Assembly: GCF_009914755.1 (NCBI RefSeq) | Contig: NC_060932.1 | Length of the DNA stretch: 64,000 nt | Direction: 5' to 3' (one strand) | Source: the human T2T-CHM13v2.0 reference genome, Homo sapiens | Shown: piece after piece, positions 16,301 to 30,237 of the stretch | Layout of the letters: each line of letters opens with the position of its first letter | Position numbering within the stretch: position 1 is the stretch's first letter | Position numbers and translations under genes: made by a program | The notes under the pieces: generated by a model | Database searches by the model: none | The model's input: the letters and a program-made list of their open reading frames with translations, nothing else | Told to the model about the DNA's origin: nothing

Positions 16301-19300
16301 AAATGGATTAGATTAATTGGCATCTAGTCCTCTTTCACCTGCTGTTTTTTATAACAATTCTCTTTGCTTCTTCAATATGGATCTTAAAAAATTCCTGTGG
16401 TAGATGGTGACTTTGAGGCAGATATGTCTACCATTTTCACCCCTCACTGCTTTCTTCAGCCGAGCATTAGAGCCACAACGCCATAGCTGGATGCAATGTA
16501 ACTATTAATACTTGGCTTTGCTTTCAAATACTGATAGTGCACAGGGTAAGCCAAGACAACAAGCCAAGCTCAGCTCTCTGGCATGTATGTTTTGCAGATG
16601 CCTTTGACCTTTCTTTTGCATTCCCGTCTTATGTATTTCCGTAGCGTGGACAGTCAAAGAAACACCATCACCCCGCCCCCACCATGCCAATTCTTTCTAA
16701 GAAGCTAAGGCGTCTTTAGGGTTTGATGGTGATAAATTTAAGAGATGTCAAGCTTTAATCAACATTCTTCTTTAATCCCTCAACTAAGAGCTCCACATAT
16801 TAAACACCATTTGAAATCAGGCATGTGTTAGTCGCTTAACTGGTGTTGAAAGCTGAATTACAATATTTGCTCTTACAACACAACAAAATTAAATTTTGCA
16901 TGGACAATAGCTAACATTTTATCATTTTTAAAGCCTCCTCTATGCCTACATTTCTATCTAAACTTTTGTTGCCAGAAGAGTGAAAATGTCTGCCAAGTCC
17001 AGTTTAACTTAACCCCACAAGATTCAATAAATACAGCTCTTATATTTTATCGATGTTTATCAATATGAATCTTCTATTCTCCTTTTCTTTTTTTTTTTCC
17101 TATTTAAAGAGGAGATAGCAAACATTTTAAAGTAAATTTTTGGTTATGCAGTATTTTCAGGCGTAAATAGAAATTGTTTCTTTTACAGGCATTGTGCATT
17201 AACATAAATTCTGCTGCATTTGAAAACCTGTCAGCTTTATTTTGTACTGGTATTCAGAATCTTCTCCTTTTGACCAATATTACATAAAGTTCCTCTGGGA
17301 AGATAATGTGCATGATTGCAGGCTTGCCTTGTTAAAATCCATGGCTTTTTATGCAGTCATGTTTTCACCTATGAATTATGCATGAAAGAGTATCTCATTA
17401 CATTTCATTTTCTTTACAGCAGCATCCTCTCTTCTAGACATACTCGGGTTCCCATCAGCCAGGCTCCCCTCGCCCTGTAGCTTGGCTCCATCTTGATACC
17501 TTCACAGCATTTTAGACAAAATGGGCGTGTTTAACTTGTCGCCTCATGTCTGATATAAATTATTCACTGGAGCTTTGCACAGGTTTGTGAGATAACCCGC
17601 CTGGACTGAGAGAAACTTCACAGGCTATGTGGGAATCTGACAGAGACATCGAAGGCAGTTTTTTTCCAGCAGTTGTCCAAGGCAAAGGAGAAAAAACTGC
17701 CTTCACTCCAAAACTCAGCCTCATTTTAAAGCTTAGACATCCCTCACTCTCTGTCATAACATAGAAATTAGCTAGAAATGTTTGCCACTTGGGTGTGTTT
17801 GGGTGTTGTACTATTTTTTCTCAGAGCTACAGGTCAAGGAACAAAGCCCCGTTTTTGTTTGAATTTTTTTTTTCTTTGAAATGAGGCCATTGGTTTTCCA
17901 TACCTGACAAGATGAATTAAATGTGGAAAAAAGATCACAGAATTTAATCAGTATAGTCATTCAGTGTATTTGGTTGGGAACAATCACTCAGAGAAGCATA
18001 TGGACAACTAGGTTAGTATGTTTGTATATGTGAGTGTCAGTATGTGTGAGAGAGTATGTATTATGATGATTCCTAATTAAGCCTATGTCTCCAATTTCAA
18101 ACATTTGCTTAGAAGATAATCCAGTTAGAAAATGATTAATTTTGTCTGTGTCCAACTATGTCATTCACTGTAATACAGTCATACCATTGAGGGAGTCAAG
18201 TAAAAGTAACAAAGGAAATAAACCCCCAAAATAAAATTAATAGGAAGTAATTTGATTGGACATTGGCTTCTTATTTTTCCTACCTTATTAAATATCTTCT
18301 TGGAATTACTGAGAATTATTTAGGTAACTGAAGGCAACCTTCTATGAGAATAGGAAGTTGAAAGGCTCACTGAAGTTTATTTCTAGACAATAAAAATACT
18401 TGCTCAACTTTCTTTAGTTCTTCTTGGAAGAATGTGGTCATGGTGACAAAAAACTTCCATACTCCAACTGTCATATAGTCTCTCTGAGAATTGAAACTTT
18501 CTTAAAATGAAACCCAAGGAAAAGACTCATAAGCTCACTGATCCAAGAGAAATGGCAGTAAAGCTTATGGTTCTGACAATAAGCTTTTGAAATATATTCT
18601 TTACATGTGAAATTCTGCAATATGGGAATTCATTAAAAAATGTTTATACTTTGTAAAGCAGATATTTTGCTCTTATACCCCCATATTCTTTTTAATAATT
18701 ATATGTGTAAATCATTGTCTGAATACACACACATACTTATATTAATACATGTGAAACATATTTCTATAGCATTTGTGCACGTGTAACACACATATGATCC
18801 ATACCCTCAATGCTCAAATATTTTGCTGAGTGATGTTGATGTGACTGATGACAAATATAATATGTCAAAAGACTCTGGTCCACTTACCATTATCAATTGT
18901 TAATCTCCCAAAAGTCATAGGTATTTCCATGTGTCCTCCTGAATCCAAGGAATCTTCATGAGAACATTTAACAGTAAAGTGGAATGATTTTTTTTACATT
19001 TAGATACATTTTTTACATTTAGATAAATACATATAGTATTTATCTAAGTTATTATGTACTTTTGTGACAAATATAGCATGACTTCTCAACTTAACCACTG
19101 CTTCTTCATGTGGTAGTAACCTAGACATAACTTATAGATCAAATGGATCTGAGTTGCAGTCTGTTTTTATGCAAGTACAAAGAGAAGAGTTGACATTTGC
19201 AATGGCTCGCAGTTTTCTTTGAAAGCTTACTATTTGGCACAGTGATTGGTATTAAACAAATGTTATTTAACTGTTGGTTGAATGAATAGATGACCTGTTA

Positions 19301-20802
19301 TTATAGGTGGCTCCATAACATGTTGTAAATACACATAAGATATGAATAGAGTTCAGTATCAATATAGGCGGGGGTGAAAGAGTCAGGTTCTGATTTCTCT
19401 TCAACATCTCTTACTGTTGTTTCCTAGCAGCAACTACCCACTGAGTTCCTGGGAGAGGATTTGTTATAACCTGTTTGATTTCTACAAAAATTTTCAATGA
19501 AATTACTTGAAAAGCTAGGGCAAAACACACAATTGTTGGTATGTATTCCCTTGACAGAGCACGGGCTTCAGAGTGTTTAATATTAAATATTATCAACTGT
19601 AGTCTAGATTTAGATTTCTTCCAATTTGTCTACACTTCTGCCTGTTCTGTATTATTTAAAAATTCAGGATGATTTAGTTGGAATAAAATCTTATCTAAAG
19701 ATTGCTGTCATATTTGCTTGTTTATTTTGTCTCTTCTATAAAGCGTTGGTTTACATCCTTCACAGTGCCTGCAAGATAGGTACTATTTTCTCTGGGGAGA
19801 AAGTACGTCAGTACCTGTGAGTATGAAACACATGATTCACAGCTCTATATGACTTTATTCCACTTGTTCTCTGTTTCATACCTAATCTTCTCCCGCTTTG
19901 AGAGGTGCAATAAACATGAAGGAAAGTTTTGGTAGGGAGGGGTATTTTTCACTCTTTCACCCTCATGTATTCATGCCTTGACAAAAAACCACCAACAATG
20001 TATTTAGCTAAGAAACATAGCTAGAGAAGGTTTGATTGTGTTACTACATAGCGATAATTTTATATTTTAACAGTGACTTGAAGGAATAGAAAGAGAATAG
20101 TCAGTTTACATGCACCAGTCAGGGTAACACAGTGGCATAATCCTCACATAGACATTTCATCCCCAGGAAAGAAAATTCCCTCAAATAATTTCTTTCAGAT
20201 TTATGTGCTTTATATTGAAAAGCGTTTACAGGTAAAATGCTCTTTTCTCTGACACGGTAGTCTTTAATACTGACCTCCTACCCAAATATGTTTATTTCTA
20301 TTTCTGTTTCAGCAATATGTATATTCAGAAATCTAAGCTGCAAGAGAAAGTGAACCAAAAAGAGGATTCTCCCTAACATTTTATAGTCTAGAATTAGAAT
20401 CGATTAATTAAACGAATGATCTATCAATTATAAGGCAGGGTGAAATGCTAATAAGGCCAAGGAAAAATACAAATTGCATATACCCTGTGCTGTTGTTTGG
20501 GTAAAATATGAGATGCCGGTACTCTTATCTTGATTAATTCACAAATGCCTCTTTCACTTATTCTGGTGCCTCACCCTCTTTTCTAATCACGTTGACTTGT
20601 GAACATTTTTGTCCCCGCCAAGTGAGTTATTTGCAATGGCAATACTAATATATTTGAGCTGAATTGAATCAAGTTGCTTTAGGGAAAAAAAAAAAAAAGC
20701 TATAGTTATGGAGTCAGAGCACATATTACTTCAAAAACGTATTGCATATATTTGAGATGAGGAAGGCTTACCTTGGTTCAAATAAGGTTAAAACTGATTT
20801 GG

Positions 20803-21446
<644 letters not shown>

Positions 21447-22779
21447 TCAACTATGCTGTTTAAACATGAGAAGTAATCTTTTCATTATTTTAAAGTTTGA
21501 TATATCAAAAGAAATTTACATAAAGCATAATTGTAAAGAAATATAGATTATTTGACATATAATCACTGAAACCTAGAGGAAAAGTTTGAAGGAAGGTTTA
21601 GAAGTTGTAGAGGGGGTAATATCTAACATTGAAAAAATCGAGGGAAAAAAAAAGATACTTGAAACTTGCCAGTTCTAGTGATCCACAAAAGACTAAACCA
21701 AATAAAACTACCTTTAGTTATATAAAGAGAAAATTTCTATTGAATGTCAAGATATATTTCTCTCTTCTCTGAACTCTAACATCATGTATTACCTGAACCA
21801 AGCATTTGAGAATAAATCAAATATCACTTTATGACTTCTGTAATGCCTTATTAAAATGTTATTTTGCATCTTGTATTGTGTTTTTAGTTTTTCCTTTGAT
21901 TGTGAGCTTAAGACCAAATGCTGATTATTTTACTCTTCACAAGATATAGCTCAATTTCTTTTACATACCAGTCTCCAAGGAAATATGCTTTAAAAAATTG
22001 ATTGATTTAATCTTCACACCTGGTGTCTTGAAAAATTAGAGAGGGAATCATAGTTTTGAATGATCTAAGGTTGTCATGCTTAGACTCAGGAATAGACCAG
22101 ATGATCTTTTTGATGACCTAAGAGTTGTTTATAATATATAAGGTATGATTACCAGCCCCTATAATAGCCTCTAAAAGAATAAAAATTGAGGGTTAAAAGT
22201 GTAATGAAATGCAAATGAAACTGTCTTGAAAACAGACTGCACATTTTATTTGTTTTTTACAGAATCTAGGACGCAGGGAGTGCTAATATTAAATACTATC
22301 AACAGTATTCTAGCTTTAAAATAATGGTGAAAATAATTCATAGTCAAAGCACACTTACTAGTTTTAAAATGAATGCTACCAAACATTTTGGAAACCAAAT
22401 ATGGCTGCATCAATTCTATATTCAAAAATATCTCTAAGCTCTTATATTCTCTAGTTTTTGTATTTCCTGGTTTTGTCAATGTATTGAGTAAAATTTAAGT
22501 CTGTTAGTAACTTCATATACATGTAGCATACCCAATTAAAATCAAATACAATTACATTTCAAGGCTTACACTGAACACTCTTGCCCAAGAGAGATCTCGC
22601 TCTCTTTTTTCCAAAGATTTCTCCCTTTAATGAGGAAGAAGTAAAACATATTAAAAACTCATGACTTATAAAGTCCTTTTGACATTTACTCCATTTCAGG
22701 TAGAGGCTATTTTAAATAGCTTTTTTAAACAATGCATATTTTGTGTTGCACTTAATTAAATAAAAGACGGAATAGCACA

Positions 22780-22950
22780 GTCTAAATATCACTGGACTTG
22801 AGGAGCTTTAATTCTGCTATATCCATTCATTCTCTGCAGGACCTCACACAAGTCAGTTAACCTATCTGGGCTGCAGTTTTCTCAACTGTGCATGAAACTG
22901 TTGCATTAGAACATCTTTAAGTTCTTTGCCAATTCTAGACTTGTATAATT
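22780..22950 (+). mobile_element. MIR/MIR3 SINE
   Basis: acaagtcagttaacctatctgggctgcagttttctcaactgt matches the MIR core. Confidence 0.65.
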
Positions 22951-23729
22951 TCATGTTCTATAATTACTTCAAACCTCCATTTTCTCATTTAAGCAATGTG
23001 CTTTACAATAACATCTTTCCCTTCTTTACATTTGTTTTAATAATCAAAGTAGTTAAATTATTAATTTTTTTCTGAAACCCATAAATTATCATTGTAAATT
23101 ATTGTTATTATCATAAGTCACAGCAGGTATTAGTAACCTAAGAAGGACACAAAGGTATCTTGAGAATATAGAGGGATTCAGAAGAATGATGATATATTGT
23201 GTGACCTGTCCCCTCCCCTTTTTCTATCTCATTCAGTTGAATTTGCCCTTCAGCCAAGGTTCCCTTTTTTTTTTTTTTTGAAGAAACATTATCAGCAGAA
23301 CATTAATCAGTTTTAATAATTTACATTATACATGAGAGGCCTGTGGTGCAACTGAAGTCTTGTTTTCCTAGATGTCTTTCTATTAGCTGAAATGGTTTGG
23401 AATGTCAAATTAAGTAACAGCTACAGCCTGTGCTTTCACTATATATAAAGTATCTTGCTAAGCACTCTCAGGAGATAATTTGCTATAGATATAGATCCTA
23501 TCCTCAAAGAGCTTACAATTTAATTAAAAAAAGAAAATAAATTTTGGAAATTTATGATGATAAGAAATATGGTAGAAAAGATGCTGTGAGGCTATTTATT
23601 AATATCAGCAGGGCAATTTTATAGGAAATGGTATTCAATTTCAGAGGAGAAAAAGATTGCTTTACATTGGTCTAGCAGGTTAAGCTTTTACAGTAGACGT
23701 TGGTTGTTATCTGTGTTTATAGAATTGAC

Positions 23730-24084
23730 TAAGACTATGTGCCCCAAATATGCCATTCGTTCACCTACTTTCCATTGTTTCCTTCTCAGTTAGGTTTAAA
23801 CCATTGAACCATGCCAAAGGACTCTGCAAGGAAGTGGTCTGTGTCTTTTTGAGGCCAAGGCAGGTAAGCGTCAGTAGACTGCCCCCATCATTCCCTTCTC
23901 CTGCCTTTGTGGCTTTGGAAGTCATATATTTCTTCAGATTGTATGGCTACAGAATGGAAGAGAGCTACCTGCACTACCTGACCCAATGGACTTCACCTGC
24001 AGGAGAGTTAAATCTTGCTCATCATAAGCCACTAAGATTCAGTGTTTACCCATTGCAGCAACTAGCAGGAGTTACTCTAACACA
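23730..24084 (+). mobile_element. Old MaLR solo LTR (MLT1J-like)
   Basis: Ends ataagccactaagattcagtg...ttgcagca...ctaacaca, an MLT1 3' terminus; left boundary approximate. Confidence 0.6.
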
Positions 24085-25725
24085 AGTGATGAGTAGAATT
24101 CAATTAGGTAAAGAGAAAGGAGAACATATTTTGGAATCATACAAATTATGTGTGGGGTTGGAAAATGCAAAAATATTTTCCAGGGATGATTAAAACACCC
24201 CTGCCACACACATACACATAGATACTTGTACTTGATTGAAGAAAAGCATGTAGAAATATAACACTTTAACCTAAAAAATGAATTGTGATAAGTTTTTGGA
24301 AAATTTATCGACAGAAAAAAAGCATAGATTTTATTCTGTGGATTTTAGGCAAACAACAGAGATTCCTGAGTACCATACAGGAGTTGCCAAAGAAACTCAG
24401 AGCCTTAAAAAGGGAAGAGAAAGAGGAAGGCCAATTAAACTATTAAATAGTCCTTGGAAGAGGTAATAATCTAGTGTGTTGGAAGTAGAAATGGAAACAA
24501 AGGGAAAGATAAAAAAATGTGTATGAAAGTATTCAAACTGCTGTTCCATATGCTTCTGTTATCTTTGTGTAATAAATACTCACTGACTACAGTATTTAAA
24601 AATAATAAAATTTCTGTCAAATAATGTAAAATAATTGATCAAAGTAAAAATATAATAAAAACATCAAAAAGTTTTCATAAAAAATAAGAATTTTAATAAT
24701 AACCACTTAGATTTGTGCTACTATGAAAATAAGTGAATTATCCAAATCAATATATTTTTTTCAATTTTTAGAAATAAAATAATATTTTGTACATGTAGTG
24801 TTTTTTGAATCCTCTGGCTCCACCATAAGATATGACATCCAGAAATCAGTAATTAAAAACACATATTTGCATTCAGAAAACATGTCACCCTTACATCTGC
24901 CAAAATCAATCAGAATTTGACTGAATTGACTTTTATAAATGACGGACAATTCGAACAAATATCGATCGATTTAATTCAGAAGATCATATTTAGGATTTGG
25001 GGGGCATTTAAATCACTCTGGGGGTTGGGAGAGAGGCAGAAAAAGATCTGTTTCTAAAACTTATTCAAGCTGACATGCCACACTAACACTAATCCTATTG
25101 ATATTGAGTAAGAGTTTCGTCTTTGGGAAGCATTATGGAGAAAAACAGTATACATTCCCTCATCTAAAATTTTACTTTACCTAGGGCTACCTCTGAAAGT
25201 AGCAGTTAACTTGGTAGAAGCTAGTACTAATCTTAGGGTACCAAAGGAAGAGTTTCTACTCTGAACATGAATTCCAAAAACCTACAAGACTCAAATGAGT
25301 TATTTTGGTGAAACTTTGAACATCGATGGCAAACAATGGAGGTGTTTAGAAAAGGTAACCTGCCTTCCTGGTCTTATCCTCTCCATTTAGGATAATTTTT
25401 CTGACACCTAGTGGGACTGAGTCCAAGGAAAACATGTTTTCTCAAAATTATTACTGGAGTTTCAAAATTATTTTTTTCATTGAAGATTATTGTATGTATC
25501 CCTTTGTGGAGAAGAATTAGGACAGACAGGATTTTAAAACTCCTCACTTTGAGGATCATCACTTCTCCTTATTCAGAAGTTAACTTAATCTGCCTAAAAG
25601 TTTCCTATCGGTTCACAGTTTCAACTTCCTTAAATACACTAACAGTCCCCACTGATATGACTCCAGGTCATTACTTTTAATTATATTCTATTAAGACAAC
25701 AATGTAATTTATCTGCAAGGACAAT

Positions 25726-25761
25726 ACACACACACACACAATCACACACAGACACAGACAC
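25726..25761. repeat. Imperfect (CA)n/(CACAGA) repeat
   Basis: Direct reading. Confidence 0.85.
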
Positions 25762-27444
25762 ATCAGTGTACCAGATATAGACATGAAGACAACTTTTAAA
25801 ACAAAATAACACTCTGTGTTTGGCATACATAGGTGTTCATCTGAAATTTCTAAAGTTATAATAACATGATAATTTCCTCAGTATCCACCACTTAGCTCTA
25901 ATTTAAAGATTATTTATTTTTATAAAGTGATAATAGACAACATATCTTATTACATTTCTGCAATTTCAGCCACAGAGGCAGCACCACACAGGGAAGTAAA
26001 CATCGCTATTTCAGATGTTCCCCTCAAAAGCATGGTCACCTTCTATTGAAGGACTGGAGCCAGTTCGCATATTATCACTGTCGAACAAGATATTTTTGTA
26101 GACAAATCTGAGGTTGTGCTATAATAATAAGTACAATACACTTCTTGGATAATAAGTACAATATACTCCTTAAATAAATTACCTCATAATATATCTACTT
26201 CATTGGATTTGCAAACATACAAAAGTTGGTCACTTGCCACACTACTCAGGTGTATACTAACAAACTTTGTAGTTTTTAACATTTTCTTCGATTTGACTTA
26301 AGCTACATCATAAACTCACTAAAAAAAAAAGTTACACTCATGTTTTGATTTATACTCATCTATGGAGTTTTAGGCTATTTGGCAGACTATATGCAAAATT
26401 CAGATAAGTAAATATTCCAAAATTGTCAAGGTAGTCTCAGAATACTGAAAATGAAGATCTGTGATTCTAAACATCAAGGAATGGCGCCAGTAATATTTAG
26501 TTTGCTGTGATTGCAAGACTGAGAAAATCTAAAATTGATTTTGCTGGGAAACCAGTAAACCTAAGACATAATTTTTTCATAACATGTAAAGAAGTACAGT
26601 AAATAAGAAAGAAAACCTAATACAAAGCCTGCATAAGATAAATGAGCAGGACTGTAACATTCTCTAAGGAATTCGATTAACTGAATACATTAAATATTTT
26701 CAGAGGCAGTTAGAGCTGACACCTGCTGTTTAGGAGAGTGGCATGGTTTGAAGCTTTTTACCTTTTTTCAGTAAGCTGAAGCAGCTCAATATCTAATTAA
26801 AATCAAAGCCTTTAAAATATTCAGCCAGGCTGTTTGAAGACTTTATAATGTTTAAAATTGGCTACTTTAAAAAATCAGGTTAAAAATAATCAAATGTTGT
26901 TGGAATGGTCTATGGGCTTAACAATATCTCATTTATGAAAAGTATCCTGTTGTTTATAATTAAAATCTGACTAATATATTCATTGAATTTAACACCTGAA
27001 GAGAATCTTTCATTAAACTGATATATGGTTTAGACCTTTTTCTCCCAGAATAAATGAGACAAGAATTAGTAATTTTAATGACTGTAGAGTTTCAGAGAAA
27101 AAAAAGAATATAAGTATATATGCACAAGCTGATACAAATTTAGTAGATCATAGAGTCACAATGAAAAAAAAGCCAAATAGCTGGGAAGAGAAATTTAAAA
27201 TAATTTCAAAGTTTTGTTAAGGAATCAAACATTAGGTACACCATACGACAAGACACGTAACTTCAAGTAAGCGGAAACTAAATATCATCTAAAAACGTTA
27301 TTTTTTTCCCAAATAAAGTAGATTATTCACCCACTCTTAGTAAATTCCCAAACAATAATAAATAGTGCTCAATTGACTCTGTTTACCTTTTCCTTTTCAA
27401 AATGTATTTTTTATTTAGCTTCTGTTGTACTCCTGTCTTGGTTT

Positions 27445-27817
27445 CCTCTTATCTGTTTGGGCTGCTATAACCGAATACCACAGGCAAGGTGGTTTAAGTG
27501 ACGGATATTTATTTATCTCAGTTATGGGGACTAGAAGTCTGAGATGAAGGCAGTAACATGGTCAGTGTCTGGTGAGGGCTCTCTTCCTGGTTTGCAGATG
27601 GCTGCCTTCTCACTGTGGCCTCGCATATTGGAGAGAGTGAGCCCTGGTGCGTCCCCTCTTCTATAAGGCCACCATCTCAATTGAATTAGGTTCCTAACCT
27701 TATGACTTTATGTAACCTTTATTACTTCCTCACAGGCCCTGTCTCTAAATACAGTCATTTTAGGAATTAGGGTGAAAAAATGTGAATTCTGTGGGGGATG
27801 CAATTCAGTCCACAGCA
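27445..27817 (-). mobile_element. MLT1A-type solo LTR
   Basis: gggctgctataac...tctggtgagggctctcttcctggtttgcagatggctgccttctcactgtg...caattcagtccacagca. Confidence 0.85.
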
Positions 27818-27872
27818 GCTTTCAAAATGTTGAATCTGTGTTTCAGTGGGCTTTTATTTTCTCCCTCTGCGT

Positions 27873-28422
27873 CATGGTAGCCTGTCTCCAAGATGCTCCC
27901 CAACCCCAAACCCCTGCATCTGGTACTCACAATTTTGTGTAGTTGTGTTCTATATTATACAGGGTTGAACTGTGTGAGCAAAGAAAATACAGAAGAAATG
28001 ATGGCCACTTCCCAGATTAGGTTAAAAAGACATGATTTCCATCTTTGTTGTTCTCCCTCTCCCTTGAGTCATTTGCTCTAAGCAGCTGACATATCATAAG
28101 AAACCTCGCAGAGAGAATCCATGTGATAAAGAACTGAGGTCCTCTGTTAAGAACAAGCGAAAAATGGAGGTCTACAGCCAGAAGCCACATGTGTGAGTGC
28201 TCTTGGAAGTGGATCCTCCTGCCTTCATCAGACTGTCAGAGGATTGTAGTTCTGGCTCAGAAACTTGACTGAGAGTTCATGAGAGGCACTGAGCCAGAAA
28301 TACCTAACTAAGCTGCTTTTGGATTCCTTATACTCAGAAATTGTATGAGATAACACATACTCATTGTCATAAGCTGTTAAATTTTGGAGTAATATTTTAT
28401 GTAACAATAGATAACAAAGACA
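27873..28422 (+). mobile_element. MLT1F-type solo LTR
   Basis: ctccaagatgctcccc...gaactgagg...cttggaagtggatcctcc...gtaacaatagataacaaagaca. Confidence 0.8.
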
Positions 28423-28559
28423 TGGGCTGACATTTGAATCACTGAGTCTTTTCCGTGACCGTCCAGCATCTTCTCATTTCAAGTCCCCCTGAATATTTAA
28501 TTTAACTGCCTCTATTAGAGTACACGCAAAAACAAAACAAAAGAATCAAAAACCACTTT

Positions 28560-28800
28560 CCTAATCTGGCCCTTTTTTCTCTATTCAAATTCATCTATTG
28601 ACTACTATTCTCCAGTCAGCTCCACCTTATGCCTTCACAGTACAAAACCGACAAATGAACTCCTTGAGTGTGCCATGATTCTCAGAACTTTGCAAAAGTT
28701 ACTTCCCTCTGCTAAGGAGGGCCCACCCCTTCTTTATCTAACTTGTCCTTCAAGATTCAGCTTCAATGCTACTGCTTTCAGAAAGCCTTCTTGGACAATT
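28560..28800 (+). mobile_element. L2 fragment
   Basis: tccttcaagattcagcttcaatgctactgctttcagaaagccttc, L2 3' region. Confidence 0.55.
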
Positions 28801-30237
28801 TAATTTGATGGTGAGCTTATTTTACTTACAGTCACAGGAGCTAGATTGTCTTATCGTGTGCATAGTCTGTTAAGCTTGTCTAACTCATTGTTTTGCAGAC
28901 TTCTGTATCACAGGTAAACTAACATTTACTGCAAGAAAGAAGAGAGAAGGAAGATTATTCCAAAACGGCTGAAATTCTAGACATAGAGGTGTCAGTATAA
29001 ATTTTCAATGCTAAGATCAATAAATAAGATTTAGCCAATTAATACCTCTGGGGTCAGTAATAAAATTACTAAAATTTTTGTCTAAAAATATTTTTATGGT
29101 AAGGAGTATACTTTATCTCTTCCCCACTTTTATTGTAATATTGTAATTCTTAAATCATCTATTAGTTACATATTTGTATGTTGTCTGTTAACCCAAATTT
29201 ATAATTAATGCTGGGATTGAATTAAAGTTTGGAATTACAAAATATTGATAGTTTCGTTTTCTTATCCAATACACACGAACACAAGTGCTTGCTTTTAGCT
29301 TTATTAACTTCAGTTAGAAATTCTAGATTTAGTGATTTTCAAAATGCTCTGTGTATTGCGCCAGTGTCACAGTGATCCAGGCAGTGACATGTCCATCCAA
29401 GGTCTACACATAAGAAGGCAGTTATCTATTGGGTTTAATTTTTTTTTAAAATGAAAAACAACTGGCTCCCCAGATATCCCTGTGGAGATAAAGCCTTCTT
29501 CCTATGTCTCTTAGATGACTGAAAATCAAGCATTTTGGTACTTAGAATCCCATTTTCATATATATTATAATTAAATGTTTTTACCTGAAAATGACTTATT
29601 TCTCAGTATATAAAATATGTTTTAAAGGAGAAAATCTTTCATGTTTTTCCAAATATGTAATGGGGTTGAAATTCTGTATTACAATTAAAAATAAAAATAA
29701 AAACAAGGTCTATACATTTATTTGTAGGAAAATGGTAAGTACTTCCTTTCCCAAAAAATACTCTTCTTAATTACAACTGCTAATGTAGTATTCACTGGCA
29801 GATTGTTTACATTTATAAATTCTAAGGAAATAAAAAACATGGAAATAGAAAGAAATAGTGAAAAAGAGAGAGAAGCAGGAAGGGATGGAGGATATTATGA
29901 GAGCTGTTATTTTGTAATGAAGACTAAATCATTATAATTCCAATGTACTTTAAAAATATGAAGAAATCTAGTTTATTTTCATTTTTTTACTCTTTTCTCT
30001 GAATATGTGTCTTATGTTAATAGTTCACATTTTATAGCATTGGCCTTAATTTGTCTTATGGTGAAATATGCATGATGATACATCACATGATAATGCAATA
30101 ATGATTGGTTCTGTCCTTTACTAATGACATGCTTGGACTTTACACAGAACACGTTCTGGTGCTTTTCCAGCATTAACAATGTCAAAGGCATGGAAAAAAC
30201 AAAATAGGAACAACAAAGATGCAACAAAGGATACACT

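Noticed and set aside
23750-24193. 147-aa ATG ORF
   Set aside because: Mostly within a decayed MLT1 LTR; no recognisable domain or promoter/splice context.
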